Below, piece after piece: positions 33,584 through 46,681 of a DNA stretch of 64,000 nucleotides. This DNA comes from Basidiobolus meristosporus CBS 931.73. Taxonomy: Eukaryota > Fungi > Basidiobolomycota. The first letter of the stretch is position 1, and each line of letters begins with the position of its first letter. Made by a program: the position numbers and the translations under genes. The notes beneath the pieces were generated by a model. The model did no database searches. It saw nothing but the letters and a program-made list of their open reading frames with translations, and was not told the DNA's origin. The stretch is from NCBI GenBank assembly GCA_002104905.1, contig MCFE01000004.1:1-64000 (forward strand), read 5' to 3'.

Positions 33584-34886
33584 ATATTGCGGCAAAAGAG
33601 ATAAAATTGCTGTCTATTAATATTGGCAACACTAGGCCCACCCGGGCTCTTATATCTGCACCAGGTGGTCATCACGATTGGTCAAAGAGCTTAGTAAAAA
33701 AACCCATATAAGTGCTGTCTAAAAAGGGAAGCGTCAAACATTGGTAAAGAACGTGAATTAGGAAGCGTTAAACCCAATGGTATCCGTTGTCTGATCGGCT
33801 AGTGGTTGAAGAAGCAACTCTCCGTCAAATCGGGTAATGTATCCACACTAATGTCAAGTGGCCTAACGCACTGGTTGGGGATCCACTTACCAATTAGTGT
33901 TAAGGCTTTCATTCTAGAAGGCTAATATTTATCGCTCAGATTCGCCCGACAAATCAAGTACAGACGTACCAATTACCAATGCGATAAATCGCTCAGCTTG
34001 ATCGAATGACCCGCTGGATTGTGATACGGCGCTAGCTATTTTCAACCTGTGAGCCACGTTGTGGACATTCCCTAATATAAGTGATATACACTGAGAGTGC
34101 TCTATTTCCTGGTAAAACATCACCATACATCGATGGGTCATAATAACTCATTCTCCATCTAGGAAATGCTACGATTGACTGCAAAACTAGCGCATCTGAA
34201 TTGAATCCTTATCCAGGAAATGCTTTGTCAGCAAGGCCTGTGCATCGGAATTGTCACCATGTCCAAGAAACACTACCATGACTGGCGAAAGAACCTCACC
34301 TCACACGAGCAAACCTCTGTGATCACTGTAGCACCCAAAGATACACTCTGCGGCAGTTGTGTGAATTGAACCGAAAACAATACCTGGTTCGAGGTGCGAT
34401 TGATATTAAGCTTAATTGCAAGATATAGGTCAAGCTTCCCGTTTACTCCAAAAGATGCATCCGAAAATAATCTCGCCATTCAGAATGGTGTTGGACTCTA
34501 CTATATGGGTATTAAAATTTACCATTTACTGGGGACGAGTTCAATTATAAACATTTTTGCGCTATCTTTGCGCTATCTATGTTGGTATCCAGGCCTTGGT
34601 CCTAAATATTTTCCCTACTGTTCTTGATGGTGAGATCACCTTCATTATTTGGAAAGCCGATAGCTGGTTCAAGAAGGTCAGAGTAATCATGACTCATGTT
34701 AATGACCTCGACTGTTTTGGAATGTCTGGATGGATTTATTATGTTTCGGTTTAATCGAGAACTTATCCAATCTTGTCTAAATTTGACAACATCATCGATG
34801 TTTCCAGTGGCAAGTTTAGTTGCGTCAATAGATGATTAAATATAGGGAGAATTGAGTAGCTCAACCTCTCCATTACTACGGTTTAT

Positions 34887-35617
34887 CTATTTATGCTTCT
34901 TAGAAGAGATGGCTTTTTGTGCCACAGCCATGCCCCGATAAATGGCTCCCCAAGATTGGTTGATCAAGACAATCGGGATGATGGTCCAGAATGCGTTCAT
35001 GACAACGAAGTAGAACCAAAAGTAGAGAGGATGAGGATCACAATGTGGGGAGCCCTCAAACAAGGTGGTAAGATAGTACAGCACACATCCGTAGAGTTGG
35101 CAGATGGAGACCGAGATTTGAGCAACATGGCGGCCTGGAGAGTTGGTGTAAATGGCATAAGCAGTATAAAAGGCTAAAGGACCATCAATGAACTACGATA
35201 AAGACACGTTAGGTTCGGAGAGCGCTCGCGATATTCATAGTGGAAAATACTTACTGCGGTGATTCTCTCCATGTTGACGACAAAGGAGTCGCTGCTTAAA
35301 TATCTTGAATCTCCCTTGGAGTACTCCTTCCAAACCTGGCCCAAGATGGCTTGGTCACCAGCAAGTGAGGAATGAAACACGGCGAAATAACCTTCGAGGA
35401 ACATATGGATGAAGCCACAAATAACACACCACATGAAGATCAGTCTATCTCCAGCGCTAACTCGCTTTCTGAAGATGATGATGCCGGCAGCCAAGAGAAT
35501 GACACCGAAAGTGGAAAACAACACCGTTAGAATGTAGTCCATTCCTAAAGTGTTGGCAACATAGTGTGGTAATAGGAGATCTCGAGGGTAATACGGGTGG
35601 TTAACTGGTGTGGCCAT
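34887..35617 (-). CDS. EBP: Emopamil-binding-protein family sterol delta8-delta7 isomerase
   Basis: HPYYP, GFIHMFLEGYF, WKEYSKGDSRY, ERITA and LYFWFYFVVMNAFWTIIP; one intron. Confidence 0.9.
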
Positions 35618-37440
35618 CCTGAATAGCTGCTAAGAGAGGTGGGCTCGAGGCGATAAAAGCGGAAGGATAAGTAATGAGAGGGTAGAATTCTTTTATTCAC
35701 CCGGTTCAAGCCCACCAAACCTCATCATACCTTAGTAATATTAGGAAAATCGGCGGGTAGAGTTCATACTATTAAGAGGACAATCACTACCGGTTGCTCC
35801 AGAATTACGGGTTGGTATTGGTTGGAATATCCCACAGAGGGGCTCTAGAATATGGAAATGCCAGGACCCAATGATTAGCGAAGTATCGGATTAATTAATT
35901 TTCACAAATCATCGGTGAATATTGATGCAATTAAGCAGCGAGTCAAAGCAACCGCGATGGGCCATATCTTAGACGCATCTTCTCTAGCAGAATTCATGTT
36001 GTGAGACTGAAATACACCTATGAGTAGCGCGTTTTGGGTGGTTGTTGATGGTGGTGAGTGTGGTAGAGTATGGGCTTGTTCACTCGCATGTTGGTGATCA
36101 AATTGTACAGGGCAATTGTACAGGGCATTTATGCAAAACAGGCTGTAGTTAGAGGCTTATGCCTGATAAGCATGGAGATATCCATAACTAGGTATTGCCT
36201 ATCATTTGTAGCTATTTGCAATAATTACAAGCCATCACTCCGATGAAAATAGGAGACTGGCTATGCCACAAATGGACAGCATCCCAAGCACACTTCAAAT
36301 GACCATTCCAGTAATGTCACTCGTGGTTAGCCCGCACACAACCATCTTATGTTCTTGGAGCACCATTTGCCTGAAGACGGTAATGGCAGATTAAATGATT
36401 TGGGCAGGTTGTCAGAGACAAAGAATCGAACAAACTCTATTCTCATTACAAGAGGTTACACAATATATGTCCGGTGTAGTATATCAATACTATAGATAAA
36501 ACAAGAGGAATTGGAGATGAAACGACCAAGTAACACATTGCCCCCAAAGGATTTCATTTGGATACAGATCTTGTGCAATTTCATTAAAGCCAAAGGAATT
36601 AAGCGCACCTGAAGTACACAGTAAAACATACAGGCTGTACCATTCAGTACACTCATGCGAAAAGGAAAGAAAATGAATGAGATTGTGCTTTTCAAACTTG
36701 TCACATACCTTGATGCGCCTAGGATTTGTCCACACTACGCTTTTCAGGTGGCCAATCACAGGAGAGGTTGGCCCACCGATTTGATTACGCTTAATTATGT
36801 CCCAATTGGGCTTTTAGCAATCCTTAATATCATCGAGGAGATTGAATTGGTCAATCTTATTTATTTAAGGAAAGCGTAAACAAAACTCGATGTTGGCTAA
36901 CTGGGGAATGGTGCTTGGGGGACAGGTTTAGAGAAGCGTTAGCACTAAAAGCCACACACCAGGCGACGAGGAAGAGAGAGGCGTGCATACTTGCTGTGGA
37001 CTAGGGTTTTTGTTGGCAGCTTCCCCGGATTGACTAGATTGAAATTTTCTTTTCATTAAATATCCAATTTTAAGGTACTCGAGTTGGCAGTGAATGGGTG
37101 ATAATTAGTGACCCCACTTATCATAGGTCATGAGAATGGTAATATTCCCTTGATGTCGAGATCCATCAGGCTTTAATATTTACGAGTGAATCACGCACCT
37201 GACTCTGTTGCAAGCTTGTGCACAACTTGCAAGATTTCTTTTCCTTTTCCCTTTCCCTTTCCCTTCTTTTTTACTTAGGGTGTCGGAGCATACTTTGTGC
37301 ATTTTGGTTCTTTTCTAACTTTCGTTTGGGGCCCATTTCTTCGCCCCCCGCTTTTGTCTTTTCTATCCAAAAGGTGTTCCTTTTTAGCCCTCGACCGCCC
37401 TTTTCTTATTATTTATCACCTAATGACTTCACTGGGGAGT

Positions 37441-40400
37441 ATGAACAGTGCTCGATTTTCCTGTCTGGATACGAAGAAATCCCAGGAGGTTGTAGATAAG
37501 GCTCGAGCGGACCAACAGTTGAAAATACAACAGGCCGCTCAAGAGTTTCTCGAGTCAGTCCTCGGGCACCCACTTCCCCACGGTGACCTTCACCAATCCC
37601 TACGTGATGGCGTTTTGTTGTGCGAGTAAGAATGAAGTGTTTACTTTCGCTCTTTTCGACGGTCTACTTATCCCGCAAAATAGAATGTTGAACAAGCTCA
37701 AACCAGACGCAATCCCACAAGTCAGTACGAAAAAGATGCCCTTCTTTCAGGTTAGAAATTGCTCTCCCCCCGCACTTCTCTTCCCACGTGCACGTCTCAA
37801 AAATTGCCAGGGTTCGTTAACGCTCCTTGAAATAGATGCAGAACATTTCCCACTTTTTGGAAGCGTGTAGCAAACTAGGTTTGCAGAAATTCGATCTTTT
37901 CGAGACGGTGGACTTATACGAGAAAAAGAACATGCCCAGGGTGAGTTGGTTGACGGTCTCTGGTCCACTGGCCAGACCAAACTTATTGAACCTTGCTTCC
38001 TTCCACCAGGTTATCTTTACCATCCTTAGCATCGAAAGAATCATCGCTGGCGTGCCTCTTAGTCGTAGAACGCAATCATTTAACGAGCACGTTAACCCTA
38101 TAGGTCAACTCAGCCCGAGTTCTCCTAGTCCACTCTCCAACTCGATCAAGAATGTCGAAGGCAAGTTCGACGAGAAGCTTCAGAATTCTCCTCCAGATGA
38201 GTCCTTTGAATCGTTCGATAGCTCGACCAATAGCGACTCTGGATACGTATCCTATCCGTCACAAGCAGCTCAAGCTCACATCACCATTCGAAAGAAGAAG
38301 AACTGCTACCAAGTCATAGAGAACCAGGATTTGGAGGAGGTCAGTTTTGTGAGCGTGTTCAATCGCCGAAAGTCCAATTCTCCATTCACTCGGACGCGGT
38401 GCCTTTCCGAAACTCTTCAAAATACAAGTATTTCGACGGTCGTTGCTTCTGAAGAGGATTCCTCAACTGAGGTGCTTCATTCACACTACACAATGAGCAA
38501 CCTCAATAACGATTCCGAGCCCAAGACACCTGACATCATCTCCTCTGCAAGGTCGAGGAGGACTCATCTATCAAATACCTTCGAAGAACAAAGCCCAAGG
38601 AGGTACTCGGATCGTATTTCGCCCACCAAAGCTATCCGTTCACGTTGTCTGTCGGACAATTTCGACGAGAGTAGCGTCCATGAGCTTACACAACGGGTGG
38701 CTCACAACCGAACTATCCGGTCCCGGTGTCTGTCAGAGAGCAAATACGACGATTACAATAGTAGAGCGTATATCCCCAATGTCGTTCGTCACAGTGATAG
38801 TGTTCGCGGTGGCCGGACGGCCACAGTTAGAGACAGGCTTGAGGTGTATTCGGAGATATCACATGTCATTTCACAATATGTATGATCCACACTAGCTGTT
38901 CTCTCTCCAAGTTTGCACTAATTCCAAGTTACTGCTTTCTAGCAAATGGGAAATCGCATTGGCAAGGGCCAGTTCGGAACAGTATACAAGTAAGCAGTGG
39001 CTCTCAATAAGCAGCAACAGTCAAACGAGTCACTTACGTATTGTCGTGTACAGGGCCTTGAATTTAGAGAATGGACAAATTGTTGCCGTGAAGCGTATGA
39101 AGATCATCGATCACAAAGAATACATTGATTCATTAATGGTAAATACGGTCAGTTCCCCGTTCAATCCTAGCTAAGCATAACGTATTCCCACCAGAACGAG
39201 GTAGAGTTACTGAAATCGCTTAGCCACCCACAAATTGTAAAATATGAAGGCTCCATCCGGACCGACGACTCCTTGTACATTGTCATCGAGTAAGTGGCGT
39301 TGAAAGACCGATCCTTCGCCAGGGCTAATCCACGTCAACCCAGATACGTTGAGAATGGCTCATTGCTGAAAACTTTGAAAGATTTCGGTGGACGTTTCCC
39401 CGAGAAATTGGTAAAGAAGTACGCGCTGAAGATACTGGAGGGGCTTATGTATCTTCACGACCAAAAAGTAAGTACTTTGATGAGCAAGACACCATGGTTA
39501 CCATTACATCTGACCATGATTAGGTAGTCCACTGCGACTTGAAGGCCGCGAACATTCTGAGCACCAAGAACGGAAACATCAAACTGAGCGACTTTGGAGT
39601 TTCTTTAAATCTCAAGCTTCTTGAATCGAATCTAACCAATGTCAGTGCCAACCCGACGGTTGCTGGTACACCCAACTGGAGTATGTGCGATTTTCATGTT
39701 CCACTCCAAAGGATCCTAATCCAATACTTTATTTCGCAGTGGCACCTGAGATAATAGAGTTACAGGGAGCTTCCACCGCCTCTGATATATGGTATGTTCC
39801 ATATGGAACCTACCATTTTCGGTACTAAACCGTCCACTTTTTCTATAGGAGTCTTGGTTGTACTATAGTAGAGCTTCTGACGGGCAAGCCGCCGTACTAT
39901 GATTTGATGCCCCTGACAGCCTTGTTTAGGATCGTGGAAGATGACTGCCCTCCACTACCGGAGAACATATCTGACGTACGCTAACATCGCTTCCTTTGAT
40001 GTGTATTCAATCCCTCACCAGCTCCACTACTACAGAAAATGAGGAGCTTCCTGCTGCAGTGTTTCCAGAAAGACCCAAGTATGAGGCCCACCGCACGGGA
40101 GCTTTACCGCCACGATTGGCTGGTAGAGCACCGCGTTGTACACGTAAAACATGGTTCGATGGCATCCAAATCTGAATAACACTGACCAAATAATGGGCCC
40201 ATCCAGGAGCTTCGCAAGAACGGAAGCATAAGATCGCTCGAGAAAATCGCGGTGCAAGTGGAAGGAAGCCCCTTCAGCCGCTCGTCATTACCGCCTAACC
40301 GGATAGATAGTCTGATTTCGCACGATCGTACCAGGTCGGATACGGATGCGGTAAGACATCCGGTGAGTGTAATCTGATGGATCTATGATTCCCAGCCAAA

Positions 40401-41015
40401 TTCTAATCATCAGTTAATAGCCACGGACCCATCGTTTTGTGAAGTGTTCATTTAACAAAGGTAAGTTACCCCTTCCGGATTCCCCCGCCCCATCATGGTT
40501 CTCACCCGTTCTCTAGCTGTTGTGGAGTGTCGGATATGCCAAGTGTATGTCAAGAAGCGGGCATTTTTCTGCGACGGTGAGTGATCCGAACTGTACTGGC
40601 GTCCTTCCAAACGAGTTAACTCATCTTTCCACCAAAACCGGTTTCGTTAGAATGCGGCCTGGTGTGTCACGTTGAATGTGCAAGTTCCAGCGCATCCGCA
40701 TGCGAGCCTAGAACACCGGTATGCGCATTATGGGCAGAACACTCCACAGTATACAGGGACTAACCTATTCTACGAATGCAGCACAACACTCCGATGAACA
40801 GTGTCGGGAGCGCTACGTCCAGAAGGGTAAACGGCGCGGGCTACATACGGCAAAATAGCCAGTCACCAGGCAGGATTCAGGATGGAAGCGTTTACGAGCA
40901 GAGCAGCAACGCGTCGGTAACAGGGTCTAATTATCTGGATGGTCGATTCTCACGGTTTCGAGCCCGCAAGCTGAAAAAGTCCAGCAGACCACCACAGGAT
41001 TGTTGTATCTCTTAA
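37441..41015 (+). CDS. Calponin-homology domain + Cdc15/STE-type Ser/Thr kinase + C1 zinc finger protein, many exons
   Basis: CH motifs: [43 protein letters not shown]. Kinase motifs: [45 protein letters not shown]1 motif: HRFVKC...CRIC...[12 protein letters not shown]. Confidence 0.87.
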
Positions 41016-41546
41016 CGTACTCCAATCCGTACCCTCCATGCTGCATCCCAATTCACTATATTTCAATCCCCTCATTTATTATATCAACTAATATATAGTT
41101 TTGTTTACCAATCACTGCCCTCTTATCATGTTTGTATTAGTAAATGCCCCATCATATCTGCTATTCGTTTCCCTCGACCTCGTTAACCATGGCCTTCATC
41201 ATTCCACCACATGCACTTAACGGACTCTGCGTGTTACCAATAAATCTCGTGGACACATGTGTTTTTCCTGGTTATTGCCTGATTCTGTTTATACGATGGA
41301 TGGTGCTGAAGCGCTGTATTTCTGGGCTGATGGTAGGGAAGGGGTGGGGATTCAATAGAAATCTGAACTGAACCTTGCGTGTAGGCGACGAATGAACGAA
41401 TAAAGTAAGAATGATTAAGAAGTCTTCTTGGTTGGGGTAGCATGGTAGTATTATTGGTGGTGTATCACTATCACTAGATTTTCAATTGATACAAGCCATG
41501 GTAGGTGACATCGCTTGCTCTGTGTGATATGCAGCCCAGTATTAAG

Positions 41547-43298
41547 TTAATATTTCTTGTATGGCTTAGGGGACTGAGCACTGCTCAATGCTTCAACCTC
41601 GGCTTCTAGCTGCTTAACAAGGTTGTGTCCAGACTCAAGGTCTTCATTCAAGCGGACGCGTTCGGCAATCAACTACAAAAAAGCAAGTCCAGGCGTTAGA
41701 TAATACCAGTAACCAGATGGTCTACTACAAATGGTTACTCTTTGCTCCCACTGACGGAATCTAGCCTCTTCCAGCTTGACTTGCTCAGCAAATCTCTTAT
41801 GTAGAGCTTCCTCTTCATCCTTATGCTTCTTATTTTCGGGTCTTTGCCTAAAAAAATAAGGAGTCAGCAAGGTGGTGGAGATACAGAAGGGATGGCACTG
41901 CGCTTACTTGGGCTCAGGATGGCTCATGAACAAGTTGCGGAAGTTATCATAATGGATTTCTTCGGTGGAGGAGATCAAATCAAGCATGTGTGCTCTGAAT
42001 AAGATAGCTGGTTCAGAATGGTAAATAGACTCGAAGTGGATAGAGAGGTGCTTTACCTGATCAACAAGTCCCGAAGCTTCTTGAAATCACAATGAGCATC
42101 ATTCTCCACTACAGTGGCTGCATTAGAATACCACAACTTGCTGACGTTTTAATATACTTTATCGGCTTACCTTCTACAATACCCCATGGGTATTCTCTTC
42201 CCTTGACTGTTCTTCCATCCTTACTTGTGACATCAACATCACTTCCGATGATAGCAAAAGGCATGGCACTCTGATTAAGGAATGTGTTCGAATTAAATGG
42301 GCTCTATCCACTGTTATACTCAGTTACCAATTACCATGATATCCTTGTTTCTAGAGGAGGTTTCCTCGTCATCGCTTTCGATGGGACAGGTGTAAACTCG
42401 AATATCTTGCGCAGAAATGGTCTCTCTAATCTGAAAGATTTCAAGATGATCATGTTAGCGGCACCAAGATTAACCGAGCAGAAGCTTAGCTTACCCTTTT
42501 CTTGAATTGTTGAAGGGCGAATGGAGATAGTGTGTCCGCTTTGGCAATCACAGGAATAAGATTAACACGAGAGCTAAGGTGCTTCATGATCTCAATATCG
42601 AGTGGTTTCAAGCTATCATGCGAAATTGTCAAATGGAATAAGCGCTCAAATTCATGAGGAATACGATTTTCTACATGGTGCTTACCTGTGCCCAGTAGGT
42701 CTGATAAAGTAAAGGCAAACATGGACCCGCATATCGATTATCCCTTTTCTGACTGGCTGCTGCTCTTGCTTCATGTAGGATTCGTACTGACCATCAATGA
42801 AGTCCACAATGGGGATCCAACTATCGCTGTTATCCACATAATCACCAAAGCCAGGGGTGTCGATAACGTTGAGCTTGACGTTGAACATCTTTTCCTCCAG
42901 TTCTAAATAAGTTCAAATGTTAAGTGGGTACTCGGCCAATCCTCTTGAGGGCCCACAAGTTCGAACGTACCAGCTTTAGTGACAGTGATCTCCACAGTCT
43001 TTTCTAATTGCTTTGTGTGTCTCTTCTCCTGTTCTTTGTAATCTTTGATGGTAGTGGTGAACAGGGTGTTAATAAAAGTGGTCTTTCCGAGTCCGGATTC
43101 CCCTAGATGACCAGAGCATAGTTTAGAATATTTACTCTTGAGGATAATGAGGGCCAGTCGACACTCTCACTTACCTACGACCATGATAGTGAAATCGGAC
43201 CCTTGCTTGGTGACGATTTTATGCCTTTGGTTGGGTAGATTGGCTATGCCAATACCTTTAGTATTTATTCTTGAAGTCTCAGTAGTATTGACAGGCAT
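41547..43298 (-). CDS. CDC12: Septin, Cdc12/AspC-like, multi-exon
   Basis: FTIMVVG/ESGLGKTT, DTPGFGD, IAKADTL, GREYPWG and HCDF. The coiled-coil EEEALHKRFAEQVKLEEARFRQWEQ is characteristic of the Cdc12 subgroup. Confidence 0.88.
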
Positions 43299-44278
43299 TT
43301 TTTTGAGTAATAGCGTTGATACAAAGAGTGGGTAATGGGAAGACCTCGCTAAGAATACAATTCACTCCGAGTCTAATGATGTAGTTGGAGTGGCAAGGGG
43401 CGAACTGGAATGATCACGTGCCACACGCATCTCCTTAAATTTCTCCTGTATCTGAATCAATCATGGTCATTCCAATTTCCCTCCAAAAATCCTTCTCAGA
43501 CAAAGGCAATTGATTGATATGTACTTCTTCGCACTTACATGAATGGAGGGCAATTGAGCATCGCTCTGTAGGGTATTCGACAAGATCGACATGACTGTTT
43601 AAGGAGACAAGTGAAGTGAATGAGCCATCAATGACCAAGTTTAAGCTAAATCTTAATTGTTACCTTAATAAATTGGATACCCGCTTGTATCCTATATTTG
43701 GTATTCTTTAATATATGAATATACCAAACCAGCGAATCAAAGGGGCTCCATCCAATCACCAAAATATAGAATAAATTCGGTGTTTGTTCCCTGAATTAGC
43801 CTGCTGGTTAAAAGATATAACCCTCACAATTTCCCGGATGAGCAATGTAGTAAAGGCTCTTTTGTTTACCTATCAATAAGGCCAGCACGGCTAAGGCCCT
43901 GCGTTCCTTCATCCTTCACTGTGGATGATCCTTATTCGGGGTTTCGATGAGGAAGGAGCAGCATATGGCATGCTGACCAGACGCAGTTATGCGGTATTTA
44001 TTATTAGCATATAAATGGGGCTCAATAAATCACTTTACTGCGTCTAACCAGAGTGCTCATTGAAATCAATCAATCTTGTTATCTCCAGTGAGCGACAGTC
44101 ATTGACAATTCAATATACCTATGTACATGTGAAAACTATCAAAGAACTCACCTTGGCTATTGTAAGCACAGAGCATTTGATAAACCTAGGTTCACCTCAT
44201 CCAGGTATCAATGCACTTGTGGCTGATGCGTTACTTGAGCCTGTTGTGTATTTGAATGCTCTACCTTGGAAATAATAT

Positions 44279-45277
44279 TCATTGTGATAGAAATTTCTTG
44301 GATATGACGACGGAGTGCGTATGTTCAATATGATACTTTAGTCCATTCAGATTTTTGTAACTTTTATCGCAATCAAGATGAGCGCAACGATATTGCTTTG
44401 CCACAGGGGTGTTTGCTTTTTTATCCGAATTCGTACAATGTCCATGCTAGATGTAAGCATGCGATGAGTACAAAATCTGTCCAAATATCATTTAGATATT
44501 ACCTGTGTATGATATTTGAGTCCATTAGGGTTTTTGTACGTTTTGTTGCATCCAGAAACGAGGCATTTATACGGCTTCTCGGTTGAGGTGCTTGATTTGG
44601 ATTTCTTGAATCTGAAATGCAGATTCTTCTCTGGGCAAGTGGTATAATCTGAGCGTGAGGGAGTATTTGCTGACAATACCACTCGAGGCTGAATTGGTCT
44701 TTTCCTTTTAGCAGACGATTCATTAAATTCGAGGTCATCTGTGGAATCCTCAACATCAATTGTCGGTGAACTGTTAGAGCTATCCGAGTCTGTGAAAGGA
44801 TCCCTCGTTTGTTTGTTATGGTGTTTTGTGGATGCCCTACATGAATCAGCAATATCAATCGAGCACTCGTTTTGAGAGCATAGGATAGGACCTGAGTTGG
44901 ATGAGGGTGTAGAGGTAACTTTGTATTCGCTTGTAGAGGAGAAACCATCATTCACCGATGAACTTGTAGAGTTATCAATTTTGATGTGACAATCATCAAA
45001 ATGTTGAAGTAAATCAAGCAAATCTTCCAAAATTAGTCCACAACAAGTGAAATCCTTACAGAAGGATGCCTCGAAGTCTTCTGGATAAGCAGGGTCAGCG
45101 GAAATAGGCAATGTGCTATCCAACGGTGGTAATTCTGTTTCAAGACTGGTTCAACTGTAAGTTATAAATTAGAAGAACTATAGGGGAGGGTGAGGAAGGG
45201 ACCTACCTATGTTGAGTACTTTCCACCAGATCTTGTTTTGATGAATTTGGAGTTAAATTCTCTAGTGGGGCCGGCAT
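44279..45277 (-). CDS. Sfp1-like C2H2 zinc-finger transcription factor, 3 exons
   Basis: N-terminal FCKDFTCCG...DLLQHFDDCH and two fingers, KPYKCLVSGCNKTYKNPNGLKYH..HGHC and YRCAHLDCDKSYKNLNGLKYHIEH. Confidence 0.85.
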
Positions 45278-46681
45278 AGTTTTGGCACTTCAACTATGAA
45301 GGATAAGAATCGAAAACAAGGATATGTAAATGGCAAATGGGGAAACAAAAATGAAGCGGGGAAAAGGCGAAATAAAGAAAATCCAGTGAAGGTGGCATTG
45401 AGTGAATGCGTTCTTGATAGTTAAATACTTGCAACGCCTCTCGCCGATCCATGCTGATTGGATCACATCACCAAATACAGATCCTGTCATTCTGGTTTCA
45501 GGATCATTTTAGGAAAATAATGACAGCATAAGAATAGCCAACGCAAGATATTCAAGCAGGATAGCGTTCTTCCAGACGTTCATAAGGTACTATTATACAA
45601 GCTAGATGCCATCCATTTATCAGGGACCCGCGCCGCAAGGGTTCTCATTGTATTCATCATGATTCACAACGTCAATAAATGCCATTCCAAGTCAAACATG
45701 GATCAGCAATGCCTACAGACCGCAGTCAATAGAATGCTATACTTCATCGATTCCGTAGCATAGTGTATCCAAGTTATGTTATGTGGCCGCCTCTCTTCCA
45801 TCGGTGTACTGCAAGGCATGCCACTCCTATTCTGGGCTTAGGCCAAGTCATTGTCTTTTGAAACTAGTTTCAGTGATTTGTATGGCTTGAACTTCACTGG
45901 TGGCTAGTATCAGCTTGAATGGAGTTTTCGCTGCTCGTCTATGCTGTCATCTAGCCTGGAGATCCTGTTATGCAGTAATACAATGTTTCTCCATCTCCAG
46001 GACTATACAACAGAACAAATCAGCACGAATGAATTTCCTATCTTGTCATTGAAAGCAAGGGGAGCATCTTGGCTCATAACACTATGTCACATGACAGTTT
46101 CTGGAGAGTGGATTTCGCTCTTCCTTCGCTTTTCGAAACCGTAACTGTCTCTTTCCTGGTAAATTATCGGTAAGGTGACCCGATTTTGTTTTCCCGGAAG
46201 TAGGTTTGGCTCTTCTTTATATTACTTGCCATAATTGGACTATTTGATGATCTCCCCAGATAATGATTAGACAAAATATGAAAAATTTTAAGGAATTGTA
46301 TAGCTACCGCTGTCAATATGGCTCTTTTGTTTAACTTATGCTAGTCGTATGCCTTATGCTAGTACACTTCGTCCTTCCATCAACTTCATGTTGAACAAAG
46401 CATTCAACATCACTGACACATTACCAAATAGATCCGGTCAGCTGGTTAGTACCACTTACCTCAGCAATCCGAATTCCGAAATCCAATCTCAGCGAATCTC
46501 TGCTATTACAGCTATTCCCACGAATAACCTATTTAGTTGTTATCGTCTCAATAAAGAAATGGTTCGACCCAGTACGACATTTTCAAAGAATTACGAAATG
46601 TAGTATCGGCATCGTTGGCTATAAAATTCGTCCATTCTTTTATTTGATAGTTCACCTTATCTTGCCACCCCTCTGTACACC

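Noticed and set aside
33900-34850. Short ORFs between the permease and EBP (and similarly at 36450-36900, 43400-44270 and 45490-46600)
   Set aside because: None gives a coherent spliced model or a recognisable motif. They may be decayed sequence, but this cannot be supported by eye.
35695-35720. GGTTCAAGCCC resembling a tRNA T-loop/B-box
   Set aside because: The flanking bases do not form a T-stem and no cloverleaf or acceptor stem is evident.
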